Origin: a virus
Taxonomy: Duplodnaviria > Caudoviricetes
DNA: 64,000 nt
Virus record (IMG/VR): IMGVR_UViG_3300015608_002982
Coordinates: 1 to 64,000 of that record
Direction: 5' to 3' (one strand)
Of the stretch, positions 1 through 8,997 are shown piece after piece. The position numbers and the translations under genes were made by a program. Position 1 is the stretch's first letter. The number at the start of each line of letters is the position of its first letter. The notes under the pieces were generated by a model. It was not told where the DNA came from and did no database searches. It saw nothing but the letters and a program-made list of their open reading frames with translations.

Positions 1-504
1 ACGGAAGAGCATAAAAATAAAATTTCCTCTTCTAATTCTAAACCACATACTGAAGAAAGAAAAAAAAATATATCAAATTCTCATTTGGGTAAAAAAATAA
101 GTGAAGAACATAAAGATAAAATTAGATTAAAATTTATAGGATTGAGATTGGGTGATAAGCATCCGATGTGGAAAGGCGGTATTTCAAAAATTAGAAACAG
201 ATTATATCAATCATATAAATATAAAATTTGGAGAAGTTTAATATATGAGAGAGATAAATTTACTTGTCAAATGTGTCTTAATATTGGTATGAAATTAAAT
301 TCTCACCATATTGTGAAATTTTCTAAAATAATTGAGGATTATAATCTCTCAGATTATGAAGATTTTATCAATTGTAATCTTTTATGGAATATAGATAATG
401 GAATAACACTATGTGAAAATTGTCATCATGGTATAAAAGGAAAAGAAGAAGATTATGAACAGAAATTTAAAAATATAGTTTATGAAAAAAAGAAAAATGT
501 ATAA
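1..504 (+). CDS. HNH homing endonuclease with NUMOD3-type repeats (5' partial; frame is open from base 1)
   Basis: Frame 1 reads TEEHKNKIS..HTEERKKNIS..ISEEHKDKI (NUMOD3-like), then HPMWKGG, RDKFTCQMC, SHHI..GITLCENCH (HNH). Confidence 0.85.
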   Translation, partial: TEEHKNKISSSNSKPHTEERKKNISNSHLGKKISEEHKDKIRLKFIGLRLGDKHPMWKGGISKIRNRLYQSYKYKIWRSLIYERDKFTCQMCLNIGMKLNSHHIVKFSKIIEDYNLSDYEDFINCNLLWNIDNGITLCENCHHGIKGKEEDYEQKFKNIVYEKKKNV

Positions 505-1456
505 TTTGGTAGATGTGGTTAACTTAGTTCACCCTGTACCAACAGAAAGAAACAAAGCGGCTCTTGAGTCTCTTGTTAAAGGTGAGTTGAAAAACACTCA
601 AACTTGGGAATCTATGTTGTCTCAAGCTGGTCAAATGGCTGAGTCTGAAGAAGACTTGACCAAGTTGAAGGCTGATGCTTGGAGTGAGCTTATCTCTACA
701 AGAAAGGTTGGTTACTTTGCTCTTCTTAGAAACTTGAGAAACATCATCACTCAAGCTCCATCTGCTGTTAAGTCAGCTTGTGAATTGTTAGTTGATGAAA
801 AAATGATTAAGAATTCAAGAGTTCTTCCATTCCGTTTCTCAACTGCTTATGAAGAAATCTCTAAGTTAGGTTCTTCTAAAGAAGTTCGTGATGTTCTTGT
901 TGCTATTAACCAAGCATTGGATATCTCAGTATGTAACGTTCCTAAGTTTGACGGTGAAACACTTGTTGTTATGGACGTTTCTGGCTCAATGAGTGGAAGA
1001 CCATCAGAGATTGCGTCATTATTTGGTGCTATCTTGGCTAAAGTTAATAACTGCGATGTTATGACTTTCTCTACAAGTGCTCAATATAAGCAATACAACC
1101 TAATGGATTCTGTATTGACTATTAGAAGTTCTTTTAGATATTCTGGTGGTGGTACAAACTTCAAGGCTATCTTTGAGAAGGCTAACAAGAAGTATGATAG
1201 GGTTATTATCTTGTCAGATATGCAAGGTTGGATGGGTTATACCACTCCTGCTTCTGAGTTCGCTCAGTACAAGAAGAAGTACAATGCTAACCCATATGTA
1301 TATTCTTGGGATCTTGCTGGCTTGGGTACTTTACAGTTCCCAGAACAAAACGTCTTTGCACTTGCTGGTTTTAGTGACAAAGTGTTTGACATCATGAAGA
1401 TGATGGAGCTTGACAAGAAAGCTCTTTACAATGAGATTAAAGCTATCAAGCTTTAA
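482..1456 (+). CDS. Ro60/TROVE family RNA-binding protein, C-terminal half (end of TROVE + vWA); probable start ATG 497
   Basis: LVDVVNLVHPVP and TWES, GYFALLRNLRNI, SRVLPFRF TROVE motifs; vWA MIDAS DVSGSM, GGTN, IILSDMQ. The N-terminal half of TROVE is missing. Confidence 0.85.
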   Translation: MKKRKMYNLVDVVNLVHPVPTERNKAALESLVKGELKNTQTWESMLSQAGQMAESEEDLTKLKADAWSELISTRKVGYFALLRNLRNIITQAPSAVKSACELLVDEKMIKNSRVLPFRFSTAYEEISKLGSSKEVRDVLVAINQALDISVCNVPKFDGETLVVMDVSGSMSGRPSEIASLFGAILAKVNNCDVMTFSTSAQYKQYNLMDSVLTIRSSFRYSGGGTNFKAIFEKANKKYDRVIILSDMQGWMGYTTPASEFAQYKKKYNANPYVYSWDLAGLGTLQFPEQNVFALAGFSDKVFDIMKMMELDKKALYNEIKAIKL

Positions 1457-1458
1457 TT

Positions 1459-1488
1459 AAAAACCCACTCAATTGAGTGGGTTTTTTT
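1459..1488. terminator. Bidirectional intrinsic terminator
   Basis: AAAAACCCACTC-AATT-GAGTGGGTTTTTTT between convergent genes. Confidence 0.9.
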
Positions 1489-1489
1489 A

Positions 1490-2209
1490 TTAGTCTCTAA
1501 AAGTATGAGCATCTATTGAATTGGCTATTTCTTCTTGATCTATTGTGAATCTCTTAGTATTCCTATTATATGTACCTACTACATATAAATCTTCGTCTAT
1601 AAATACACCGACCATAATATGTTCTTCGTCTTCGGTTGTATCCATATATCTATCAAAGTCAATATTATCCTCTCTATAGATTTGTCTTAATCTTTTTAGA
1701 CCTTCTAAGTATTCTTTATCTTGAAAATTGGCATAATCCGTATAAGATTTTTTCAATTCTTCTGTATTTATTTCTTCGCCTAAAAATGATATAGAAAATG
1801 TGTGAATAACTCTTTCATGACCTGTTGTTTTATCTAATAAATATTCATTACTTTCAAGTTTTAATCCTTCTGATTCAACTCTATCAATCATTTCATCTAA
1901 TGATATTTTAATAGTATTTAAATTATCAAGAATTTTATTGAAATCATTTTTACCCGGAACTAAACTGTATTGAATTTGACAAGTGTAAAGCATTTTATAT
2001 CTTTCATTATCATAAACCTCTGTATTAACAGGGTGACCTTTTGAATCAACTAAATATCTGTAGTTATTAACTCTAGCAAATGTTTTTACATCAAATAAAC
2101 TATCATTAAATATATCACTTGGAATAGCCTTAGAAGTTAAGAAATCAGCATATTCTTGAGATGTTCCAAACGACTCATTGATAAAATCACCATATCTTTT
2201 TAACTTCAT
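1490..2209 (-). CDS. Hypothetical protein with capsid-targeting-like N-terminus
   Basis: MKLKRYGDFINES resembles the T4 internal-protein CTS (MKTYQEFIAE). Confidence 0.6.
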   Translation of the reverse strand: MKLKRYGDFINESFGTSQEYADFLTSKAIPSDIFNDSLFDVKTFARVNNYRYLVDSKGHPVNTEVYDNERYKMLYTCQIQYSLVPGKNDFNKILDNLNTIKISLDEMIDRVESEGLKLESNEYLLDKTTGHERVIHTFSISFLGEEINTEELKKSYTDYANFQDKEYLEGLKRLRQIYREDNIDFDRYMDTTEDEEHIMVGVFIDEDLYVVGTYNRNTKRFTIDQEEIANSIDAHTFRD

Positions 2210-3039
2210 TTGAATGATTGATTTTTTATTATCATTTTAACATGAGTAGAATGTGTTAATTCAACATTAAAGTCTCTTTTAACCTCTTGTCTTAGATATG
2301 GTAGTACAAAATCATCTTCATACGTTATTGAGTAGTCACTTGGTATTTTAGATTTAAGAGTTTCTAATGTTATAGGTAAGTAATTCTCATTCACTTCTCT
2401 ATCCCAATTGTCTGTGTATTTGTATTTTAATAAGAAATGTATAAAATTTCTATAGTCTGCATTTATACTACCCCAAACTTCTTCAAATGAAAGTAAATAT
2501 CTCTTATCTGCCTTTTGTCTCACCTTTCTAGCATCATCTTTATAGTTTGTAATCTCATTTCTTGTTAATTCTACCGATGGCATCATATCACGAATTGTGA
2601 TGTGTTTGAAGTTTCCAGCAAATACTTGTTGGTTCCAAAATTTACTAACAGTTTTACTATTAGAATATGAATACACTTCATGTATAACAGAGCTTAAATT
2701 TAATAAAGGATGCTTATAACCTGATATTTCTTTTATTACTTCATTCCAATTGTCAGTTAAAATAGCATTTTTTGGCAACTTACTACTTGCTTTATCTAAC
2801 ATAGTTTGGTCTAAGTCATATCCTATTATTTTAACATTTGGTCTCATTCTTGAAATACTCTGTAAAAAAGTACCATCTGCACAGCCAAAATCAACAATAA
2901 CATCAAATTTAATCTCATCTAAAAAGAATAACTTATCCGACATTGTTGTGTTCATGTCTATGATATATTGATCGTAGTTTGAAATTGGTTTTTCACCAAC
3001 TAACTCTTCTAAAAATAATTGCCAAGATAAAATTCTCAT
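2206..3039 (-). CDS. Class I SAM-dependent methyltransferase with CTS-like N-terminus
   Basis: VIVDFGCADG motif I; SSVIHEVYSY; N-terminus MRILSWQLFLEE. Confidence 0.75.
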   Translation of the reverse strand: MRILSWQLFLEELVGEKPISNYDQYIIDMNTTMSDKLFFLDEIKFDVIVDFGCADGTFLQSISRMRPNVKIIGYDLDQTMLDKASSKLPKNAILTDNWNEVIKEISGYKHPLLNLSSVIHEVYSYSNSKTVSKFWNQQVFAGNFKHITIRDMMPSVELTRNEITNYKDDARKVRQKADKRYLLSFEEVWGSINADYRNFIHFLLKYKYTDNWDREVNENYLPITLETLKSKIPSDYSITYEDDFVLPYLRQEVKRDFNVELTHSTHVKMIIKNQSFK

Positions 3040-3055
3040 TATTGTATATATTAAA

Positions 3056-3826
3056 TTACTTCCAAATTTTTTCTAAGTCTATCTTAGAATTTATTTCAAT
3101 TATTTTATTTCCTCTTTTAAGTGAGTACTTTTGAATTGGATTGAATGATTTTATAATCTTTTTAATCTTTTTTCTATCTTCTAATTCAATATCATAATTG
3201 AATATTTGAATTAAATTATCTACTTCATTAAATGTTACACTTCTTTTATTTCCTAAAAAGAATATGAAGTCATAATTATATTCATTGTATTTTACAGCAT
3301 CATGATCATCTGATTTACTAATTAAGTAATTAGTTACACAATTTTCTACGCCAATAGACGGTAAGCTGAATTTAAAATCTTCTATTATAAATTGTCTTGA
3401 TTTCTTATCGTAGTTTTTCAACATTGTTTCATCTAATCTAAAGTAGTTAAAATGGTTTGATGAGAACTCTATCATATTCTCTTTTCCTAATTCATCATCA
3501 AAGTAAGTAAGACTAACCGCTTTTCCTTTTGTGAATTTTACTATTTCTAAAAATAAAAATATTATATCAATACTTTTTAAGTCGTTAAACTCATATCCTT
3601 CTGAGAATATAGAATTTTTCTCTACTATTTTTTTAAGTTTATTGATAATTAACCCTAAATCATCTTTTATATAATTGTGTTCATACTCAATTATATCTTC
3701 AACATTGGCTTTTTTTATTGTAATTTCAAAGTCTTCTGGGTAGAATAAGCCTTGAGATGGAAGTGATCTAACATCTACATTTTTTTGAAGATTTAATAAC
3801 CCCTTTAATAGATTCACTAAGTTCAT
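3056..3826 (-). CDS. Baseplate hub protein, T4 gp26-like
   Basis: LPSQGLFYP N-terminal motif, DIIFLFLEIVKFT; AATATATA-type motif upstream. Confidence 0.6.
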   Translation of the reverse strand: MNLVNLLKGLLNLQKNVDVRSLPSQGLFYPEDFEITIKKANVEDIIEYEHNYIKDDLGLIINKLKKIVEKNSIFSEGYEFNDLKSIDIIFLFLEIVKFTKGKAVSLTYFDDELGKENMIEFSSNHFNYFRLDETMLKNYDKKSRQFIIEDFKFSLPSIGVENCVTNYLISKSDDHDAVKYNEYNYDFIFFLGNKRSVTFNEVDNLIQIFNYDIELEDRKKIKKIIKSFNPIQKYSLKRGNKIIEINSKIDLEKIWK

Positions 3827-3903
3827 TATATGGTTATATTTTTCTTATATATTATTTCTATGAAGGTCATGTTGTCTAATATATACTTTGATGATTTTAC
3901 AAG

Positions 3904-4608
3904 GTGATTTTTTATCACTCGTTTTTTCAATTTCAAATTTTAATATATACTAAAAAATCAATGATATATATGGGTAAAGTTATATATGAGAAGTTAGTGA
4001 TAAATAATATTGTAGAATTATATAGTAGTGGTTTAACTATTAAGGAAATATCAAAATTGTGTAATATTTGTAGAGTGAATATTAGTAGAATTTTAAAAAA
4101 TGAAGGTGTTAATGTTGTTAAAAAAACAAAACCTTTTTCAGAAGAGCATAGGAATAATATATCTAAAGGTTTGATGGGTAAAAAAAATTCATTGGGTATA
4201 AAAAGAACTAAAATGAATAATTATAAAAATATGAAAAACCATTTACTATTTGATGTTGATTTGGATTGGTTATGTCTATTTGATGATATTAATAAGTTAA
4301 AGTTTTTAAATAAAATAGTATCTAATATAAGAAAACACAACAAAAATGAATATTGGGAGACCGATTTTTATAAAAAATTCATAGAAAAATTTTACTATGA
4401 TGATAAATTTAATAAGATATATAACATCTGGTTGGATACTAAAGACAGTTGGAAAAAACCATCAATAGACCATATAAACTGTGATAATAGGTCTAATGAT
4501 TTGAATAATTTTCAGTTTTTAACTTGGTTTGAAAATAGATGTAAAAATAATATACCACAAAGCAAATGGATAAAAATGAAGGAGAATATAAATGAATACT
4601 TCATCTAA
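3904..4608 (+). CDS. HNH homing endonuclease with N-terminal HTH and NUMOD3 (likely start 3961 or 3970)
   Basis: ELYSSGLTIKEISK HTH, FSEEHRNNIS, PSIDHIN..NDLNNFQFLTWFENRCK. Confidence 0.75.
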   Translation: MIFYHSFFQFQILIYTKKSMIYMGKVIYEKLVINNIVELYSSGLTIKEISKLCNICRVNISRILKNEGVNVVKKTKPFSEEHRNNISKGLMGKKNSLGIKRTKMNNYKNMKNHLLFDVDLDWLCLFDDINKLKFLNKIVSNIRKHNKNEYWETDFYKKFIEKFYYDDKFNKIYNIWLDTKDSWKKPSIDHINCDNRSNDLNNFQFLTWFENRCKNNIPQSKWIKMKENINEYFI

Positions 4609-5323
4609 GATAATAAATGCTGACTGTTTTGATGAACTACCTAATATAGAAAGTAGATCGATATCTTTAATACTAATTGACCCTCCTTATCTAATATCCA
4701 AATCATCTGGATTTTCAAACATTTCTGAAAATACATCTAAAGAATTAGTAACTAAGTATGGTAATATCTCCATAGATTTTGGTGACTGGGATAAATCTGA
4801 GATTGATTGGAATTTTTTATTTAAGGAGTACCACCGAATCTTAAAAGATGGTGGTACGTTGATTATATTTTATGATATATGGAAGTCAAATGAGATTAAA
4901 CAAGTAGCTGATAAATATAAATTTAAACAACCAAGAGTTTGCCAATGGCAAAAAACTAATCCAGTTCCTATAAACTCAAAAACTAATTACTTATCAAATG
5001 CAATTGAGTATTTTTTCACATTTGTAAAAGGTAAGAAGCCAACATTTCACTCTGTATATGATAATGGTGTTTATAAATATCCTATTTGTCATGGTAAAGA
5101 AAGATATGAACATCCAACTCAAAAGCCATTACAGTTGATTGTGGATATAGTTAGTAAACATTCTAATCCAGATGATGTTGTACTTGACACATTTGCAGGT
5201 ACTGGTACAACAGCACACGCTTGTGTTTTGACTGATAGAAGGTATATAGCCATTGAAAGAGATGAGCAATATTTTAATATAATAAAATCAAGAATAGAAC
5301 CAATTATAAAATCTACAATATAA
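4592..5323 (+). CDS. DNA N6-adenine/N4-cytosine methyltransferase (beta class)
   Basis: LILIDPPY catalytic motif precedes HPTQKP and VLDTFAGTGTT SAM-binding motif. Confidence 0.92.
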   Translation: MNTSSKIINADCFDELPNIESRSISLILIDPPYLISKSSGFSNISENTSKELVTKYGNISIDFGDWDKSEIDWNFLFKEYHRILKDGGTLIIFYDIWKSNEIKQVADKYKFKQPRVCQWQKTNPVPINSKTNYLSNAIEYFFTFVKGKKPTFHSVYDNGVYKYPICHGKERYEHPTQKPLQLIVDIVSKHSNPDDVVLDTFAGTGTTAHACVLTDRRYIAIERDEQYFNIIKSRIEPIIKSTI

Positions 5324-5339
5324 AAATAAAAATAAAATT

Positions 5340-5741
5340 ATGTCTATAATAGTAAGAAACTCACAGCTAAATGATGAAACAGTTGCATCTCTAAATAAAT
5401 TAGTTGATGTTGATATTAATGCTAATGTTGCATTCAAATTAATGAGAATTATTAAAGAAATTTCTTCAATAATTGAAGATAAGACAAAGATGGAACAAAT
5501 GATTATTAATAAGCACGCTGAGAAAGACGAAAACGGTAAGGTAATTCAAGCAATGGATAATAATGATAATCCAATTCCAGGTGGTATCAATATTAAAGAT
5601 ATGGATGCCTTTTCAGCAGAGATGTCAAATTTGATGGAAGTTGAAAATGAGATTGGTTATGAAAAAATAAACTTTGAGGATTTAAATCTAAAAACTGCTA
5701 GAGTTAAAGATTTAATGAAACTAGAATTTTTATTCAATTAA
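5340..5741 (+). CDS. Hypothetical phage protein
   Basis: 133-aa ORF in operon context. Confidence 0.6.
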   Translation: MSIIVRNSQLNDETVASLNKLVDVDINANVAFKLMRIIKEISSIIEDKTKMEQMIINKHAEKDENGKVIQAMDNNDNPIPGGINIKDMDAFSAEMSNLMEVENEIGYEKINFEDLNLKTARVKDLMKLEFLFN

Positions 5742-5830
5742 TGGGACTTCCATACTTTTCAAAAATACTTATTAAAAGACAAATTAGAAAGTCTAAGATT
5801 AAAAATTTGTTTCCTAACGAATTTAAATAG
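5741..5830 (+). CDS. 29-aa micro-ORF MGLPYFSKILIKRQIRKSKIKNLFPNEFK (not in ORF track)
   Basis: ATG overlaps the previous TAA; carries the recurring RxxKIxxL motif. Confidence 0.5.
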   Translation: MGLPYFSKILIKRQIRKSKIKNLFPNEFK

Positions 5831-5836
5831 TTGGTC

Positions 5837-5865
5837 TTCTTTTTTTAATATATACAAAAAAAGAA
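5837..5865 (+). promoter_or_regulatory. Putative late promoter AATATATA in the loop of a 10-bp inverted repeat
   Basis: TTCTTTTTTT-AATATATAC-AAAAAAAGAA, 10 nt before ATG 5875. Confidence 0.55.
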
Positions 5866-5874
5866 TAAGACTAA

Positions 5875-7458
5875 ATGCCGGCTACATATAGTATAAATGT
5901 TGGAACATCAACAGAAGCTTTAAGAAAGCAAGATATTAATAGTGTATTGTTAGATTTACCTGATAATACTCAAAAATTAATATCACCTAAAGATGTAAGG
6001 GATGCCTTTTTAACATCATGGGCTAACTCTGCTTTTAAGCAAACAATTGGTCAGGCTAATATTGAGTACTTAGGTATTGACTCTGGTAATCCTTCAGATA
6101 GAGATATTAAACAAAAGATTTTTATTGGTAAAAGAAACTATGCTGGTTCTGATATTATGACCAGTAATCTTTTGAATGATAATAATTCTGATATTTATAT
6201 TTATAATACAAAGCCAGATAGTTATTCAACACAAAGCACATCTATAGTAATATTAGCTGGTACTAACTCATCGTTGCATCAAAATGCTCCTTATATACGT
6301 TCTAATGTTGTTGCTTCTGGTTCGGCTCTTAGTTTAGATTTTGTAAATCCTTCCATCTACTCTGGTCCAATAAATATTTATAGCTCAACTGGTAGAGTTG
6401 CTATAAATGGAATTATGTTTCCAACCGTTGCTGAAACATCAGCATCGGCTTCAAATGGTAAGATATTAAAGTACTTTGGTACTTATCCAAATGGTGTATT
6501 AAAATGGGCAGAACCTTCTGTTAGTATTGCTAACATTGGTAGTGTTGGATCACCAACAAACATTTATGGTAGTCCAAGTAATGTTAATGGTCATTCTCTA
6601 GAATTCGTTGATAATAGTATTGTTCCTCAAGATATTGGTGGTGTTTTACAAGGACAGTCCTTCCCGGCTGGTAATTTTAATGGTCAGAATTGGCCATTAT
6701 CTGAAGTTATTAGAAAGATACTTTATCCTTATGTATCACCTGCATTATCATTAAATATCAGTCTAGGTGGATATCCTTATTTTTCTACAGGTATAACACA
6801 ATCATCTTTATTTAGTTATTCTGTTTATAGATATTCAAATATTATTTATAGTTATAACATAAGTGGCACTACATATTCTGGATTATCATATAGTGGTTCT
6901 GTAGGAACTGGAATAAGTCCTACTTTTTCTTATAATGTTTATTCTAATTCAGAAGGAACACAGAGTTATGTTTTATCTGCAAGAGATAATCAGTCACTTA
7001 TTACTTTCTCTCATAGTGCTACAGCATCTATTAGATTTGTTCATCCAATTTTCTATGGATTTAATTCTACTATGGTTGATTTTTATACAACTGGAGTTCC
7101 AGCCGCAAACCTTAGAGCTTCACAGACAGGTACTATTATGAACAATTCAACAAGATATGCTTATCCTTATACTGGTGCTTCTCAATCAATGTCTTTTAAT
7201 ATTGCAGGATCTGGGTATGTTTATTTTATGATTCCTTTTACTACATTTCCATTGTTATCAAAAATAAAAGATCCAAATGGTTTTGTAGTTTTTGACTCTT
7301 CATTCACACAATCGATTACACCGTCAGCATTTACATATTCTCTGTCTATAACACCAACTGGTGCTAACAATCTACCAAGTGGGGTTTCTTATAGAGTTTA
7401 TAGAACCGCTGCAACTTGTAGTTACACAGGTAATGATAAATTTCAATTTATTTTTTAA
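5875..7458 (+). CDS. Virion structural/fibre protein (paralog of 7462..8979)
   Basis: S/T/G/N-rich beta-type composition; shares TYSIN.GTS, DNT.K.ISP..R..LTSW..SAFKQT with the next ORF. Confidence 0.65.
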   Translation: MPATYSINVGTSTEALRKQDINSVLLDLPDNTQKLISPKDVRDAFLTSWANSAFKQTIGQANIEYLGIDSGNPSDRDIKQKIFIGKRNYAGSDIMTSNLLNDNNSDIYIYNTKPDSYSTQSTSIVILAGTNSSLHQNAPYIRSNVVASGSALSLDFVNPSIYSGPINIYSSTGRVAINGIMFPTVAETSASASNGKILKYFGTYPNGVLKWAEPSVSIANIGSVGSPTNIYGSPSNVNGHSLEFVDNSIVPQDIGGVLQGQSFPAGNFNGQNWPLSEVIRKILYPYVSPALSLNISLGGYPYFSTGITQSSLFSYSVYRYSNIIYSYNISGTTYSGLSYSGSVGTGISPTFSYNVYSNSEGTQSYVLSARDNQSLITFSHSATASIRFVHPIFYGFNSTMVDFYTTGVPAANLRASQTGTIMNNSTRYAYPYTGASQSMSFNIAGSGYVYFMIPFTTFPLLSKIKDPNGFVVFDSSFTQSITPSAFTYSLSITPTGANNLPSGVSYRVYRTAATCSYTGNDKFQFIF

Positions 7459-7461
7459 TAT

Positions 7462-8979
7462 ATGATGACATATAGTATTAATACAGGAACTTCAATACAA
7501 GCAACCGTTTATAATATAATTGGTGCTACAGCTGTTGATTTGAGTCCAGTTTTAAATGCTTTACACGATAATACTAGTAAAGAGATAAGTCCAGAGGTGA
7601 TTAGAAATTCTATTTTAACCTCTTGGTCTAGTTCCGCTTTTAAACAAACACAATCCACTCAATCTAGTATATACTATATAGGAGTTGATAATGGTAACTA
7701 TGCGACAGCTAGTAAAGATGTTAAAAGTAAGATATTTTTAGGAAAAAGATCATACTCTGGTACATATTCATACTCATTAAATCATGATATAATGACATCT
7801 AATATGTTGAATAGACTTGACGATGTTTTTCTTTTTAATACTAAAAAAGATACAGTTACAAATTATAGAACTAGAGTTTCTATTTTGGCTGGTACAAAAT
7901 CTTCTTTATTTACAGATGCTCCATATATACAATCACAGATAGTTACTGTTGGTACATATTCTTCTTTATCACTAGATCTTATTAACCCAACACTTAATGG
8001 TGGAACATATTCGGTATTGAATATTAATAGTGTTTTTGGAACAGCTTCTATTAATAATATAGTCTTTCCAACTATTCAAAATTCATCTACAAATTCTGGA
8101 GATGGTAAAATTTTAAGTTGGAATAATGGAAATTTAGTTTGGGATATTGCGTCATTCTCTGCAACAAGTTATATTGGTGTTACTGGTAGTGCAATTAATA
8201 TTTACGGAACACCGGTTAATGTTAATGGTTATTCTTTAGAATTTACAGAGTCAAGACCTTGTCCTATACAAATTGGTGATATTAAGTTTGGTGAAACATT
8301 CACAAATGAATCAATAGGTGAGATGTTAAGAAGAATTATATATCCTTATCTACCACCATTATGTACATTGTCTTTACAACAACCTTACACATCTGGTTAT
8401 GTTGAGGTTGGTTCATCACCATTAATTAAGTTAGACTATACAATAACAAAGAGAAGCTTGCCTACACAAACTTCTATTTTATCATATATGATACCTAGTA
8501 GTTATCCAGTGATATCAACCCCTGGTAAAGTGGTTATCTCAGGATCCGCTAGTGGTGTTATTGTTACACCAGTTACTTCAGCTACTACTTCGTTTTATAT
8601 TACTGTATCTGATGGAACCCAATCAAATTCAGCAACTGCAAGTGTTAAAGGTATTTATCCATACTTTTACGGATTCTCTTCTGTTAATCCTATTACAACT
8701 GCGGGTTTAGCTTCTTTATCAAAACTTGTTGAGGCTAAGAGTAATAAAACTGTTGAAATTTATGGAAGTGGTAATTTATATTTTATGTATGATAGTGATT
8801 ATCCATTATTAAATAGCATACTTGATGAGTTTGGTAACAATATAACAGGTAGCTTCTCTTCGAGTTTAGTAACACTTTCATCACCTACTGGATTATGGGC
8901 TTCTAAACAATTTAGAGTTTATCAGTGGAATTCACATCCTTTAGTTTCACCATCAGTAAATTATCAATTCAAATATTAA
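7462..8979 (+). CDS. Virion structural/fibre protein (paralog of 5875..7458)
   Basis: Shared motifs KIFLGKRSY, APYI, GYSLEF, RIIYPY. Confidence 0.65.
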   Translation: MMTYSINTGTSIQATVYNIIGATAVDLSPVLNALHDNTSKEISPEVIRNSILTSWSSSAFKQTQSTQSSIYYIGVDNGNYATASKDVKSKIFLGKRSYSGTYSYSLNHDIMTSNMLNRLDDVFLFNTKKDTVTNYRTRVSILAGTKSSLFTDAPYIQSQIVTVGTYSSLSLDLINPTLNGGTYSVLNINSVFGTASINNIVFPTIQNSSTNSGDGKILSWNNGNLVWDIASFSATSYIGVTGSAINIYGTPVNVNGYSLEFTESRPCPIQIGDIKFGETFTNESIGEMLRRIIYPYLPPLCTLSLQQPYTSGYVEVGSSPLIKLDYTITKRSLPTQTSILSYMIPSSYPVISTPGKVVISGSASGVIVTPVTSATTSFYITVSDGTQSNSATASVKGIYPYFYGFSSVNPITTAGLASLSKLVEAKSNKTVEIYGSGNLYFMYDSDYPLLNSILDEFGNNITGSFSSSLVTLSSPTGLWASKQFRVYQWNSHPLVSPSVNYQFKY

Positions 8980-8997
8980 AAAATTTATATATAGATT

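Noticed and set aside
340-510. Group I intron core at the HNH/TROVE junction
   Set aside because: Only weak R/S-like strings (CAGATTA, AAATATAGTT) with poor P7 pairing and no P9 hairpin; an in-frame ATG offers a simpler explanation
3905-3960. 10-bp inverted repeat around the promoter of the HNH gene
   Set aside because: Almost all A/T, and the upstream gene is divergent, so no read-through transcript would contain both arms
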